DNA of 64,000 nucleotides. It comes from an uncultured Alphaproteobacteria bacterium. Lineage in GTDB: Bacteria > Pseudomonadota > Alphaproteobacteria > RF32 > CAG-239. The notes below the pieces were generated by a model. That model saw nothing but the letters and a program-made list of their open reading frames with translations. It was not told where the DNA came from and did no database searches. A program made the position numbers and the translations under genes. The stretch lies in NCBI GenBank assembly GCA_947630965.1, contig CANRJO010000004.1:3143-67142 (forward strand). The letters run 5' to 3'. Shown here one piece after another: positions 1-8,085 of the stretch. The first letter of the stretch is position 1. Every line of letters begins with the position of its first letter.

Positions 1-27
1 TGTATTCAGAGGTTTTTAAGCTAGCAA
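1..27 (-). terminator. Partial copy (cut by window edge) of the conserved hairpin terminator downstream of WG-repeat gene 30..713
   Basis: Positions 1-20 (tgtattcagaggtttttaag) match the 3' arm of the hairpin that recurs at 791-827, 1523-1557, 1953-1988, 2869-2904 and 3656-3694. Confidence 0.4.
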
Positions 28-29
28 GG

Positions 30-713
30 CTAAGCTTCCGCAACATTCGCATTATACAAAAGATAGCCGTCTTTTGTTTCAAACAAGCAGAAATCATCAT
101 AAGCGCCGCCGTCTTTTAATTTGTCTTCAACGAGCGAGCCGTCTGGCCAATGCAATGTCAAATCGTCGACCGTTTGCAACATGTAGCAACCGCTCTCAAA
201 AACACCGCACCACTTGAGTTTGTCAGCAACAAGTGATTCGTCTGCTCGGTACAAAGCACAACCCTCAGTTGTTTCCAACCTGTACCAACCGTTGTTATAA
301 ACATCACAATTTTTCAGTTTATCGGCAACAAGTGAGCCGTCCGCCCGATACAAAGCACAACCCTCAGTTGTTTCCAACATGTACCACCCGTTGTTAAAAA
401 CATGACAGTCCTTGAGTTTATTGGCAACAAGTGATTCATCTGCTCGGTACAGAGCCCAATAGCCCTCTTGTGTTTGAAGCACATACCAACCATTGTCATA
501 GACCCAAGCCTCAATCAGCTTATCAGAAACGAGCGATTCGTCTGCTCGGTACAGAGCCCAGTAGCCCTCTTTTGTTTGAAGCTCATACCAACCATTGTCA
601 AAAATACCATAGCCATAAAGCTTATGAGCCACCAGACTTCCGTCCGCCCGATACAAAGCAATGTTTTTAGCTGTTTCGCGCACATACCAACCATTTTTAA
701 AAGTCGTTTTCAT
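30..713 (-). CDS. Repeat protein with six ~33-aa NGWY..ALYRADGSLVADKL repeats (WG/KWG-like beta repeat), no signal peptide
   Basis: 227-aa ORF; internal tandem periodicity is visible in the translation; paralogous to 840..1445, 1576..1875, 2005..2793, 3012..3557 and 3706..4362. Confidence 0.8.
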   Translation of the reverse strand: MKTTFKNGWYVRETAKNIALYRADGSLVAHKLYGYGIFDNGWYELQTKEGYWALYRADESLVSDKLIEAWVYDNGWYVLQTQEGYWALYRADESLVANKLKDCHVFNNGWYMLETTEGCALYRADGSLVADKLKNCDVYNNGWYRLETTEGCALYRADESLVADKLKWCGVFESGCYMLQTVDDLTLHWPDGSLVEDKLKDGGAYDDFCLFETKDGYLLYNANVAEA

Positions 714-754
714 AATTTTTATTCTTAATAGTTAAACAAAATAATTTTCTTTGG

Positions 755-790
755 AAGTAAATATTAACCTCTTTTGAAGAGGAGTCAACA
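755..790 (-). promoter_or_regulatory. Sigma70-like promoter for gene 30..713 (minus strand TTGACT-N16-TAATAT), embedded in the U-tract of the upstream gene's terminator
   Basis: Minus-strand reading gives ttgactcctcttcaaaagaggttaatatt. The same module recurs upstream of every paralog, followed by a conserved 5'UTR (aaagaaaattattttgt). Confidence 0.45.
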
Positions 791-827
791 AAAAACCTCC
801 GAACACGTTACGTATTCAGAGGTTTTT
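787..827 (-). terminator. Rho-independent terminator of gene 840..1445 (inverted repeat aaaacctccgaaCAC..GTAttcagaggtttt plus T-run)
   Basis: Near-perfect inverted repeat followed, on the minus-strand transcript, by UUUUUUGUUG; conserved behind each paralog. Confidence 0.6.
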
Positions 828-839
828 AAGCTTGCAAGG

Positions 840-1445
840 CTAAGCTTCCACGCCTTTCGCATGATGCAAGAGAGAACCTTCTTCTGTGTCCACTATATAA
901 AAATTAGCATCAGGCTCACAGTCTTCTAAGTTGTCAGCAACGAGCGAGCCGTCTTCCCGATACAGAGCCCAGAAGTCCTCTTGTGTTTGAAGCGCATACC
1001 AACCGTTTTCATAGATATCGCACCACTTGAGTTTGTCAGCAACGAGCGAGTCATCTGCCCGATACAAAGCAAAACCTTCTTCGGTTTCCAAGCTATACCA
1101 ATCGTTGTTAAAAAGATCGCAATCTTTTAACTTATCAGCAACGAGCGATTCACTGGCTTTATACAAGGCATAACCTTTTTTGGTTTCCAATATGTACCAC
1201 CCGTTGTCAAAGACATGACACCACTTGAGTTTATTGGCAACGAGTGATTCATCCGCCCGATACAAAGCCCAACCGCCCACTTGTGTTTGAAGCACATACC
1301 AACCATTGTCATAGACCCAAGCATAAATCAGCTTATCAGCAACCAATGAACCGTCAGCTCTGTATAAAGCTTCTCTGTTGAGCTTCTTTTCCAGATACCA
1401 CCCGTTTTCAAAAATAATCTCAATGTTTTTTAAAATAATCTCCAT
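840..1445 (-). CDS. WG-like repeat protein paralog (201 aa, 5 repeats)
   Basis: Same repeat consensus as 30..713. Confidence 0.8.
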   Translation of the reverse strand: MEIILKNIEIIFENGWYLEKKLNREALYRADGSLVADKLIYAWVYDNGWYVLQTQVGGWALYRADESLVANKLKWCHVFDNGWYILETKKGYALYKASESLVADKLKDCDLFNNDWYSLETEEGFALYRADDSLVADKLKWCDIYENGWYALQTQEDFWALYREDGSLVADNLEDCEPDANFYIVDTEEGSLLHHAKGVEA

Positions 1446-1487
1446 AATTTTGATTTTTATGAATTACACAAAATAATTTTCTTTGGA

Positions 1488-1523
1488 AAAAAATATTATC
1501 ATTTTTTTAAGGAGAAGTCAACA
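1488..1523 (-). promoter_or_regulatory. Sigma70-like promoter for gene 840..1445 (TTGACT-N17-TAATAT on minus strand)
   Basis: Minus-strand reading gives gttgacttctccttaaaaaaatgataatattt. Confidence 0.45.
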
Positions 1524-1557
1524 AAAAACCTCCGAACACGTTACGTATTCAGAGGTT
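1519..1557 (-). terminator. Conserved hairpin terminator of gene 1576..1875
   Basis: The aaaaaacctccgaacacgttacgtattcagaggttttt inverted repeat. Confidence 0.6.
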
Positions 1558-1575
1558 TTTCAATTTGCACAACTT

Positions 1576-1875
1576 TTAATAATACTTTTTGATCAAAGTG
1601 CCATCAGATTTGTATAAAGCAGAGTACTCTTTTGTTCGCAGATAATAGGTGCCATTATCATAAACATCACAATCTTTCAGCTTATCAGCCACAAGTGATC
1701 CGTCCGCCCGATACAATGCACAACCGTCAGCTGTTTCCAACATGTACCAACCATTGTATCTATAAACATAGCACCACACCAATTTGTCAGCCACCAGACT
1801 TCCGTCCGCCCGATACAATGCAATGTTGTTGGTTGTTTTGATCATATACCAACCATTTTTAAAAGTTTTTTCCAT
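1576..1875 (-). CDS. WG-like repeat protein paralog, short (99 aa, ~2.5 repeats)
   Basis: Same repeat consensus; its C-terminal ...YKSDGTLIKKYY motif is shared with the paralogs 2005..2793 and 3706..4362. Confidence 0.7.
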   Translation of the reverse strand: MEKTFKNGWYMIKTTNNIALYRADGSLVADKLVWCYVYRYNGWYMLETADGCALYRADGSLVADKLKDCDVYDNGTYYLRTKEYSALYKSDGTLIKKYY

Positions 1876-1917
1876 AAATTTAAATTTTTAATAATTACAC
1901 AAAATAATAATTTTCTT

Positions 1918-1953
1918 GAGCGGATATTATCATTTTTTGAAGAGGAGTCAACA
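1918..1953 (-). promoter_or_regulatory. Sigma70-like promoter for gene 1576..1875 (TTGACT-N16-TAATAT)
   Basis: Minus-strand reading gives ttgactcctcttcaaaaaatgataatat. Confidence 0.45.
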
Positions 1954-1988
1954 AAAAACCTCCGAATACATCGCGTATTCAGAGGTTT
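1949..1988 (-). terminator. Conserved hairpin terminator of gene 2005..2793
   Basis: The aaaaaacctccgaatacatcgcgtattcagaggttttt inverted repeat. Confidence 0.6.
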
Positions 1989-2004
1989 TTGTTTAACATA
2001 ATCT

Positions 2005-2793
2005 TTAACAATACTCTTTTACCAAAGTGCCGTCTGGTTTGTATAAAGCGGCATACTCTCTGTGAAGGTAATAGGATCCGTCTTCATAAACATCGCAATC
2101 TTTCAGTTTATCAGCCACAAGCGATCCATCCGTCCGATACAAAGCACAACCGTCAGCTGTTTCCAACATGTACCAACCATTGTCAAAAACATCGCAGTCT
2201 TTTAACTTGTCAGCAACGAGTGTTTCATCCGCGCGAAAGAGAGAAAGACTGTCTTTCATTCCGAGCATATACCAACCATTGTTGTAAATGCGGCACCATT
2301 TCAGTTTATCGGTAACAAAAGACTCATCTGCGCGATACAAACTCCAACCATCAGCCGTTTCCAACATATACCAACCGTTTTCATAAACATTGCATGAAAT
2401 CAGCTTGTCAGCCACCAAACTTTCATCTGCCCGGTACAAAGCCCGATTGCCGGATGTTTCCAACACATGCCAAGCATTAGGATAAACATAGCAGAAATCC
2501 AACTTGTCAGCAACGAGTGATTCGTCTGCTCGGTACAAAGCGATACCTTCTTCAGTAATCAGTTCATACCAGTCATTGTCATAAACAAAACAGTCTTCTA
2601 AGTTGTCAGCAACGAGCGATTCGTCTGCTCGGTACAAAGCGGCGCCATAGAATGTTTTCAACACATACCAACCATTGTCAAAAACATCATAGTCATCAAG
2701 CCTATTAGCCACCAGACTTCCGTCTGCCCGATACAAAGCAATGTCTTTAGCCGTTTCGACGACATACCAACCATTTTTAAAAGTCGTTTTCAT
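2005..2793 (-). CDS. WG-like repeat protein paralog (262 aa, ~7 repeats)
   Basis: Same repeat consensus. Confidence 0.8.
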   Translation of the reverse strand: MKTTFKNGWYVVETAKDIALYRADGSLVANRLDDYDVFDNGWYVLKTFYGAALYRADESLVADNLEDCFVYDNDWYELITEEGIALYRADESLVADKLDFCYVYPNAWHVLETSGNRALYRADESLVADKLISCNVYENGWYMLETADGWSLYRADESFVTDKLKWCRIYNNGWYMLGMKDSLSLFRADETLVADKLKDCDVFDNGWYMLETADGCALYRTDGSLVADKLKDCDVYEDGSYYLHREYAALYKPDGTLVKEYC

Positions 2794-2834
2794 AATTTTT
2801 ATTTTTAATAGTTAAACAAAATAATTTTCTTTGA

Positions 2835-2869
2835 GAACAAGGTTATCACAATTTTAGAAGGAGTCAACA
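2835..2869 (-). promoter_or_regulatory. Promoter-like module for gene 2005..2793 (TTGACT-N16-TAACCT, weaker -10)
   Basis: Positional homolog of the other cassette promoters. Confidence 0.35.
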
Positions 2870-2904
2870 AAAAACCTCCGAATACATCACGTATTCAGAG
2901 GTTT
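2866..2904 (-). terminator. Conserved hairpin terminator, ~100 bp downstream of gene 3012..3557
   Basis: The aaaaaacctccgaatacatcacgtattcagaggtttt inverted repeat. Confidence 0.55.
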
Positions 2905-3011
2905 TAAGTTGCGGTTACAAAATGAAAGCCGGATAACTTACTCTTTGAGGAGTGTTCCGTCAGCCTGATATGATAAAATCTTATCGCCTAAGGTTTTCAT
3001 CTTATACATAA

Positions 3012-3557
3012 TCAGATTCGGGTAAATATAAAGCCGGATAAAACCTTGCCGTCTAAGGTTATCATCTTATACCGCCCATCGTCGTAAACGCGGCAGCATT
3101 GCAGTTTATCAGCAACAAGCGATCCATCCGCCCGATACAAAGCTCGGCCGTAAGTTGTTTCCAACTCATACCAACCATTAGGGTAAACATAACAGTCCGC
3201 CAACTCTTTAGCCACCACAGTTCCGTCAGCGCGATACAAAGTGATACCCTTATTCGTTTCTAGGGCGTACCAATCATTTTTATAAACATTGAACCACATC
3301 AAGTTGTCAGCCACAAGCGAGCCGTCCGCCCAATACAAAGAAAGGCCTTTCTTTGTTTTCAAATTATACCAATTGTTCTCAAAAACATTGCAGGAAAGCA
3401 ATTTATCGGCAACCAAGGAGCCGTCTTTCCGAAACAGAGCCCAACCATCAGGCGTTTTCAGCTTATACCAACCGTTTTCAAAGACATGAGCGTGTTTAAA
3501 ATGAAAGTGATAAACCTTACGCAACCGCAGTCCGATTTTTTTAAAAATAGTTTTCAT
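3012..3557 (-). CDS. WG-like repeat protein paralog (181 aa) with a basic N-terminal leader (MKTIFKKIGLRLRKVYHFHFKH) shared with 3706..4362; its 3' end appears rearranged
   Basis: Repeat consensus present. A frameshifted remnant of the family C-terminus (…YKMKTLGDKILSYQADGTLLKE*) lies at ~2937-3008 on the minus strand. Confidence 0.7.
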   Translation of the reverse strand: MKTIFKKIGLRLRKVYHFHFKHAHVFENGWYKLKTPDGWALFRKDGSLVADKLLSCNVFENNWYNLKTKKGLSLYWADGSLVADNLMWFNVYKNDWYALETNKGITLYRADGTVVAKELADCYVYPNGWYELETTYGRALYRADGSLVADKLQCCRVYDDGRYKMITLDGKVLSGFIFTRI

Positions 3558-3601
3558 AATTTTTGTTTTTTTTAATAGTTATACAAAATAATTTTCTTTC
3601 A

Positions 3602-3638
3602 AAACAGATATTATCACATTTTTTGGCAAAAATCAACA
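3602..3638 (-). promoter_or_regulatory. Sigma70-like promoter for gene 3012..3557 (TTGATT-N17-TAATAT)
   Basis: Minus-strand reading gives ttgatttttgccaaaaaatgtgataatat. Confidence 0.4.
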
Positions 3639-3649
3639 AAAAACTATCA

Positions 3650-3694
3650 CAAATCAAAACCTCCGAATACGTTAAGTATTCAGAGGTTTTAGGC
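3650..3694 (-). terminator. Conserved hairpin terminator of gene 3706..4362
   Basis: The aaaacctccgaatacgttaagtattcagaggtttt inverted repeat. Confidence 0.55.
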
Positions 3695-3705
3695 GAACGC
3701 AGTTT

Positions 3706-4362
3706 TTAACAATACTTTTTGATCAAAGTGCCGTCCGGATTGTATAAAGCAGAACCTTTTTTGGTTTCTATTTCATAATCTCCGTTGTCAAGGACATTGC
3801 ACCATTTCAGCTTATCAGCAACCAAACTTTCATCTGCCCGATACAATGCCAAGCCCTTAGCATTTTCCAACATATACCAACCGTTCCAAAAAACAGAACA
3901 ACTTTTAAGTCTGTCGGCAACAAGGCTTTCATCTTTTCGGTGGAGTTCAAAACCTTTTTCAGTTTTAAGCTCATACCAACCGTTACTGTAAACGAAAAAG
4001 GTTATCCAGTCAGTGGCGACAAGCGATTCATCCGCCCGATGCAATTTCCAACCGTCAGCCGTTTGCAACATATACCAACCGTTTTCATAGATATCGCACC
4101 ACTTGAGTTTGTCAGCCACAAGCGTTTCATCTGCCCGATACAAAGCATAGCCTTCTGTGGTTTTAAGTTTAAACCATCCGGTACCACATACGTGACAGCC
4201 CATTAGTTTATCTGCCACAAGCGAGCCATTTTTCCGATACAACGCCCAACCGTCAGGCGTTTTCAAGGCATACCAACCGTTTTTATAAACATGTCTGCGT
4301 CTGAAACAAACGTGATAAACCTTGCGCAACCGCAGTCCGATTTTTTTAAAAATAATTTTCAT
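3706..4362 (-). CDS. WG-like repeat protein paralog (218 aa) with a basic N-terminal leader
   Basis: Same repeat consensus; first gene of the array. Confidence 0.8.
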   Translation of the reverse strand: MKIIFKKIGLRLRKVYHVCFRRRHVYKNGWYALKTPDGWALYRKNGSLVADKLMGCHVCGTGWFKLKTTEGYALYRADETLVADKLKWCDIYENGWYMLQTADGWKLHRADESLVATDWITFFVYSNGWYELKTEKGFELHRKDESLVADRLKSCSVFWNGWYMLENAKGLALYRADESLVADKLKWCNVLDNGDYEIETKKGSALYNPDGTLIKKYC

Positions 4363-4411
4363 AATTTTTGTTTTTTAAGTAGTTATACAAAATAATTTTC
4401 TTTCAAGTATG

Positions 4412-4450
4412 TTTGTATTATATTTTTAGGGAAAGTTCAACACAAAATTG
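4412..4450 (-). promoter_or_regulatory. Promoter-like region for gene 3706..4362 (TTGTGT-N17-TATAAT on minus strand)
   Basis: Minus-strand reading gives ttgtgttgaactttccctaaaaatataat; followed by the conserved 5'UTR. Confidence 0.35.
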
Positions 4451-4470
4451 CTTACTAAAAAAAGCGATTT

Positions 4471-5085
4471 TTAGGACAAATGTTTCAGAATGTTTTGGAT
4501 AGAAGAATCAATAAGTGCGGAATGCTTTTTTTCATCAAAGGAATGAAGAATATAATTTTCTGCCACGGCTGAAGCTTTTTTACCGATGGCGGTATAAATT
4601 TCATCTTCGGCTTTTTCAAGCATAAAAGTCATATTTTGTTCGGCTTCCGCCGTGCGTTTTTTGAGCTCCGCATTAAGCGAATTTGTCATATTCCGTTTAT
4701 GGCGCAAAGCCGCCGTATGCGCAGAGGATATAATGGCATCAGCTTCATCTTGAGCGTTCACAAAACGTTTTTCATAATCCGCCAAAAGCAGTTGCGCATC
4801 ATCGCGAAGTTTTTGAGCCTCCTCGATTCGTGCAATGATACTATCGCGGCGTTTAATGAGCATATTTTTAAGCAAGCCACCCACAGGTTTTGCCAAAGCC
4901 ACCACCACAAGCACAAAAGCAACGCCCACCCAAAACTCGGCGGACAAATAAAAAGGCTCATTTGGGTGCGGGCTGAAAGTGCCGGCATCTTCTATAAGAG
5001 CAATTTCCTCATTTACGTTTTGTGCCATGGTTTTCCTTTGATGAATATTTTTCAAGATCGCTAATTTTAACAGCGCCCACATCAA
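4471..5085 (-). CDS. atpF: F0F1 ATP synthase subunit b
   Basis: 204 aa; N-terminal TM then a long charged coiled coil; last gene of an atpI-B-E-F'-F order typical of alphaproteobacteria. Confidence 0.8.
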   Translation of the reverse strand: MMWALLKLAILKNIHQRKTMAQNVNEEIALIEDAGTFSPHPNEPFYLSAEFWVGVAFVLVVVALAKPVGGLLKNMLIKRRDSIIARIEEAQKLRDDAQLLLADYEKRFVNAQDEADAIISSAHTAALRHKRNMTNSLNAELKKRTAEAEQNMTFMLEKAEDEIYTAIGKKASAVAENYILHSFDEKKHSALIDSSIQNILKHLS

Positions 5086-5506
5086 GTTTTTTCAAAATTT
5101 CTTGTGCCAAATTTAAGGACAAAGCGTCAATATGCTCCATAATTTCTTGACGCTTCATCTCAATACTTTTTTCATTCTCGGCAATTTTTTGAGAAAGCTT
5201 TTGTTCCATTTCAAGCCGTTTTTCTGCAACATTTTTTTCCAATGCGGTCTTATTTTTAGAGAGCATTTCATCAGCATTTTCGCGAGCTTTAGCAATAGCT
5301 TTTTCATATTTTTCCAGAGATTGCAACGCTTCCTTATTAAGTTCTTCTGCCTTTTGGACATAGTCATCAATTTTGAGGCGCCGTTGTTCTAAGATATTTT
5401 CAATTTTGGGCACAATAAACAGCGACATCATCCCCCACAGGCTGAAAAAGCAAACAATCAGCCAGAAAAATTGAGAGATATATGTTGCTGTTTCGAGTTG
5501 AGGCAT
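5009..5506 (-). CDS. atpF': F0F1 ATP synthase subunit b'
   Basis: 165 aa; one TM (LIVCFFSLWGMMSLFIV) plus a coiled coil; position between atpE and atpF. Confidence 0.75.
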   Translation of the reverse strand: MPQLETATYISQFFWLIVCFFSLWGMMSLFIVPKIENILEQRRLKIDDYVQKAEELNKEALQSLEKYEKAIAKARENADEMLSKNKTALEKNVAEKRLEMEQKLSQKIAENEKSIEMKRQEIMEHIDALSLNLAQEILKKLDVGAVKISDLEKYSSKENHGTKRK

Positions 5507-5508
5507 TT

Positions 5509-5730
5509 TTATTTACCGGTCAGAATCACCAAAGCCACAACAAGGGCATAAAGCGCAATAGCTTCAATGGCAGCAAAGCCTGCCCAACCATAGATATCAA
5601 CATCTTTTTTAACTTGCGGATTACGCCCAACGGTTTCAATAATTGTTGTCCAGAGCTTTGTCACGCCCCAGGCGGCAACAGTCATTGATAATGCGCAAAT
5701 AGCAGCAGAAATATAAGCTAACGGTTCCAT
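5509..5730 (-). CDS. atpE: F0F1 ATP synthase subunit c
   Basis: 73-aa two-helix proteolipid with the GAAIGIGN-type motif (YGWAGFAAIEAIALYALVVALVIL). Confidence 0.9.
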   Translation of the reverse strand: MEPLAYISAAICALSMTVAAWGVTKLWTTIIETVGRNPQVKKDVDIYGWAGFAAIEAIALYALVVALVILTGK

Positions 5731-5750
5731 TTTAATTTCCTTTCTTAAAA

Positions 5751-6476
5751 TTAATGATGATGTATAGCATCACCCAAATAAATGCAGCTTAATATAGTAT
5801 AGATATAAGCTTGCAAAAGTGCAATAAACATTTCAAAAATAATAATACAGGCGTCAAACAAAAGCGGAACAACGCCCGCCACGCCAAGCGCCACAATAAA
5901 GCCTGCCAAAATTTTGAGCATAATATGCCCAACCGTCATATTTGCCACAAGACGCACTGTCAGGCTAAAAGGTTTAGATAAAAGAGAAATCGCCTCAATC
6001 GGCACCACAAGAGGTGCCAAAGCAACAGGGATCCCTTTGGGTAAAAATGTGTGCAGATAGCCCCATTTTTTAGTATAAATCCCCACGCAAATATTAAAAC
6101 ACAGTGCCAAAACAGACAAACACCCCACAGCGGCAACATGCGAAGTAAAAGTAAAGCTGTAAGGGAAAAGCCCAAGCAAATTACCAAAAGCAATAAACAA
6201 GAACAAAGAAAAGATAAACGAAAAATATTTCAGCCCGTCTTTGCCGATGCTGTCGCGCATCAGATTATGAATAAACTCATAAATTGCTTCCGGCACCGAT
6301 TGCGCCAAATTCGGCACAACCGTCCTTTTCCGAAGACAAAGCGTAAACAATAAAACAATGGAGCAAACAGCAATAACCATCATCAAAGACGAGTTTGTAA
6401 AGGAAACATCATAGCCCTTAATAGAAAGGGGAATAATCGGCTTAATTTCAAATTGTTCCAAAGGGCTTGACATCAA
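5751..6476 (-). CDS. atpB: F0F1 ATP synthase subunit a
   Basis: 241-aa polytopic membrane protein; conserved R in RLVANMTVGHIMLKI (the stator arginine helix). Confidence 0.9.
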   Translation of the reverse strand: MMSSPLEQFEIKPIIPLSIKGYDVSFTNSSLMMVIAVCSIVLLFTLCLRKRTVVPNLAQSVPEAIYEFIHNLMRDSIGKDGLKYFSFIFSLFLFIAFGNLLGLFPYSFTFTSHVAAVGCLSVLALCFNICVGIYTKKWGYLHTFLPKGIPVALAPLVVPIEAISLLSKPFSLTVRLVANMTVGHIMLKILAGFIVALGVAGVVPLLFDACIIIFEMFIALLQAYIYTILSCIYLGDAIHHH

Positions 6477-6784
6477 TTTCTCCTTTTATGTGGTGTTTCG
6501 TCTTTGAACGAGCGATAAACATTCAAAATGCCTGCCGCGCCGCCAAAAATCGTAAAAATTACCAAAAGCCAAGGTTTTGTTCCAAAAAGCCCATCTAAAA
6601 AATAGCCGATTGCGGCCCCCACAAGAACGCCCGCCAAAAGTTCAGCGCTGATCTGAAAGCCCGCTGCCGCGCGAGAATATTCATCTTCTTGCGCTGAAAT
6701 TTTCCGCACATGCTTGGCGTTTTTCTTCCTAAAAGAAGAAATCCGTTCATCAAGCGCTTCAATTTCTTTTGTTTTTTTCGCCAT
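6473..6784 (-). CDS. atpI: ATP synthase protein I (AtpI/AtpZ family small membrane protein)
   Basis: 103 aa; two TM helices with ELLAGVLVGAAIGYFLD; lies immediately upstream of atpB. Confidence 0.7.
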   Translation of the reverse strand: MAKKTKEIEALDERISSFRKKNAKHVRKISAQEDEYSRAAAGFQISAELLAGVLVGAAIGYFLDGLFGTKPWLLVIFTIFGGAAGILNVYRSFKDETPHKRRN

Positions 6785-7539
6785 TATTCACCCTTATTTT
6801 CAAGCCTTTTTTCAATATAGCTTTTAAGAGAATCATAGCCCGAAACGCCATAAATAATCTCATTTGAGCCATTACCGCTAATTAAGAAAGCGGGCGTGCC
6901 CTGCATTTTAAGCTTATCGATTCCTTCTTGCCTGTTTGCCAAAATCTGTTCGGCAAGCTTATCATTTTTAAGGCAATCTTTAGCGGCCGTGTTAGAAAGA
7001 CCGTTTGCTTTGGCATATTTAAGAAGATACTCTTCCGTACTGGAGGAAAGCATCCATTCACGTTGTTTTTCAAAAACCATTTTAATGTAATTATCGCGGT
7101 TTTTGGGGTTTACACATTCAGCAAGCATAGCAGCCTGCATAGATTTTTTTTCAAGCGGAAAACTCACAAATACAATGTTTAACTTGCCGCTTTCAACAAA
7201 ATCTTTTTGAAGATCCGGCAAAATGCTCAAATGAAAATCAGCGCAGTGCGTGCAACTCAAAGAAGAAAGTTCAAACATTGTTAAGGGTGCGTCAGGGTTG
7301 CCAATCAGGTTGTTTTTGGGAAAATTAAGAGCCAAATTTTGATCCAAAACAGTCGCAATGCCGTTTGTCTCAAGCTGTGTTTCATCTGGAAGGGTTTCCT
7401 CCGCATTTGCGGCTTTAACCAAAACAAAAGTGCCATCCTGATAAACAAAGCCCTTATAAGAAAGATAAAGATAAGCAAAGAAAACATAAACGACAACCGA
7501 AGAAATAACGGCGCTAAAAATTCGTATAAATTTTTCCAA
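6784..7539 (-). CDS. DsbA-family thiol:disulfide oxidoreductase (thioredoxin fold, CTHC active site), N-terminal signal anchor
   Basis: 251 aa; CXXC motif SCTHCADFH; N-terminal hydrophobic segment. Confidence 0.7.
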   Translation of the reverse strand: MEKFIRIFSAVISSVVVYVFFAYLYLSYKGFVYQDGTFVLVKAANAEETLPDETQLETNGIATVLDQNLALNFPKNNLIGNPDAPLTMFELSSLSCTHCADFHLSILPDLQKDFVESGKLNIVFVSFPLEKKSMQAAMLAECVNPKNRDNYIKMVFEKQREWMLSSSTEEYLLKYAKANGLSNTAAKDCLKNDKLAEQILANRQEGIDKLKMQGTPAFLISGNGSNEIIYGVSGYDSLKSYIEKRLENKGE

Positions 7540-7548
7540 AACAACCTC

Positions 7549-8082
7549 CTATTTGTTTTTTTCAAAAACTTTCCGACCCAAACTTTCGAGTCGCGCTTTC
7601 AAATCAGGATTTTGAACCTCTGAAACAGTTTCCTTAATATAAGTTTCTTCTTCCGGCGTTACAAGCTTTTTTTCAGGGTTATGAATAGCATTTGACGCAC
7701 GCTCTTCAGAGCTTAAAGAAAACCCTTGATGAATTTTAATTTGTGAAACGGCACGATAACCGAAAAATGTGTTGATTTTATCAATTAAATAAGGTGTTTT
7801 GTGCCCAATTTCCAAAGCATATGCGCCATTTTCGCAAGCGAGATGAAGTATGCCCTCAGAGCGTGCTTGTGGCTTAAAATCAATTCGCAAAGGTTGCGTT
7901 GCTGCCGCTAATTCTTCGCCGGCAATATTTGCCCAATTTGATAAAATTTCAATTTCAGCAGTACCTTTATCGCCAAAAAGTTTTTTCGTGATTTTGCTCA
8001 CATCGTCTGCCATGCTGATAAGCCCGCCGCCCCGATGTTCTTTACTGATAAAATTTTTAGATTTTTTCTCGCTCATCATCAA
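7549..8082 (-). CDS. DUF721/DciA-like protein
   Basis: 177 aa; ILSNWANIAGEELAAATQPLRI...LHLACENGAYALEI core typical of the DUF721 family found next to core replication/recombination genes in alphaproteobacteria. Confidence 0.55.
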   Translation of the reverse strand: MMMSEKKSKNFISKEHRGGGLISMADDVSKITKKLFGDKGTAEIEILSNWANIAGEELAAATQPLRIDFKPQARSEGILHLACENGAYALEIGHKTPYLIDKINTFFGYRAVSQIKIHQGFSLSSEERASNAIHNPEKKLVTPEEETYIKETVSEVQNPDLKARLESLGRKVFEKNK

Positions 8083-8085
8083 TCC

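Noticed and set aside
431-728. Plus-strand ORFs 431..670 and 468..728, and similar ones at 1632..1841, 1989..2315, 3289..3489, 3785..3991 and 3940..4206, inside the WG-repeat genes
   Set aside because: They are antisense to far longer, internally periodic minus-strand ORFs that have their own promoters and terminators. Their composition (H/Q/P/C-rich) is the mirror image of the repeat codons. They are spurious.
1-4450. Regularly spaced ~37-bp conserved inverted repeats that could be mistaken for a CRISPR array
   Set aside because: Spacing is 0.4-0.9 kb, gene-sized, and the intervening DNA encodes paralogous proteins. The repeats are hairpin terminators with U-tracts, not 28-37-bp direct repeats separated by short unique spacers.
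5132-5392. Various 60-140-aa ORFs antisense to the atp, dsbA, xerD, virB4 and virB10 genes (e.g. 4636..5064, 6051..6353, 8231..8608, 34620..34949, 51741..52067)
   Set aside because: All lie within and opposite well-supported longer genes and lack start signals. They are treated as frame noise.
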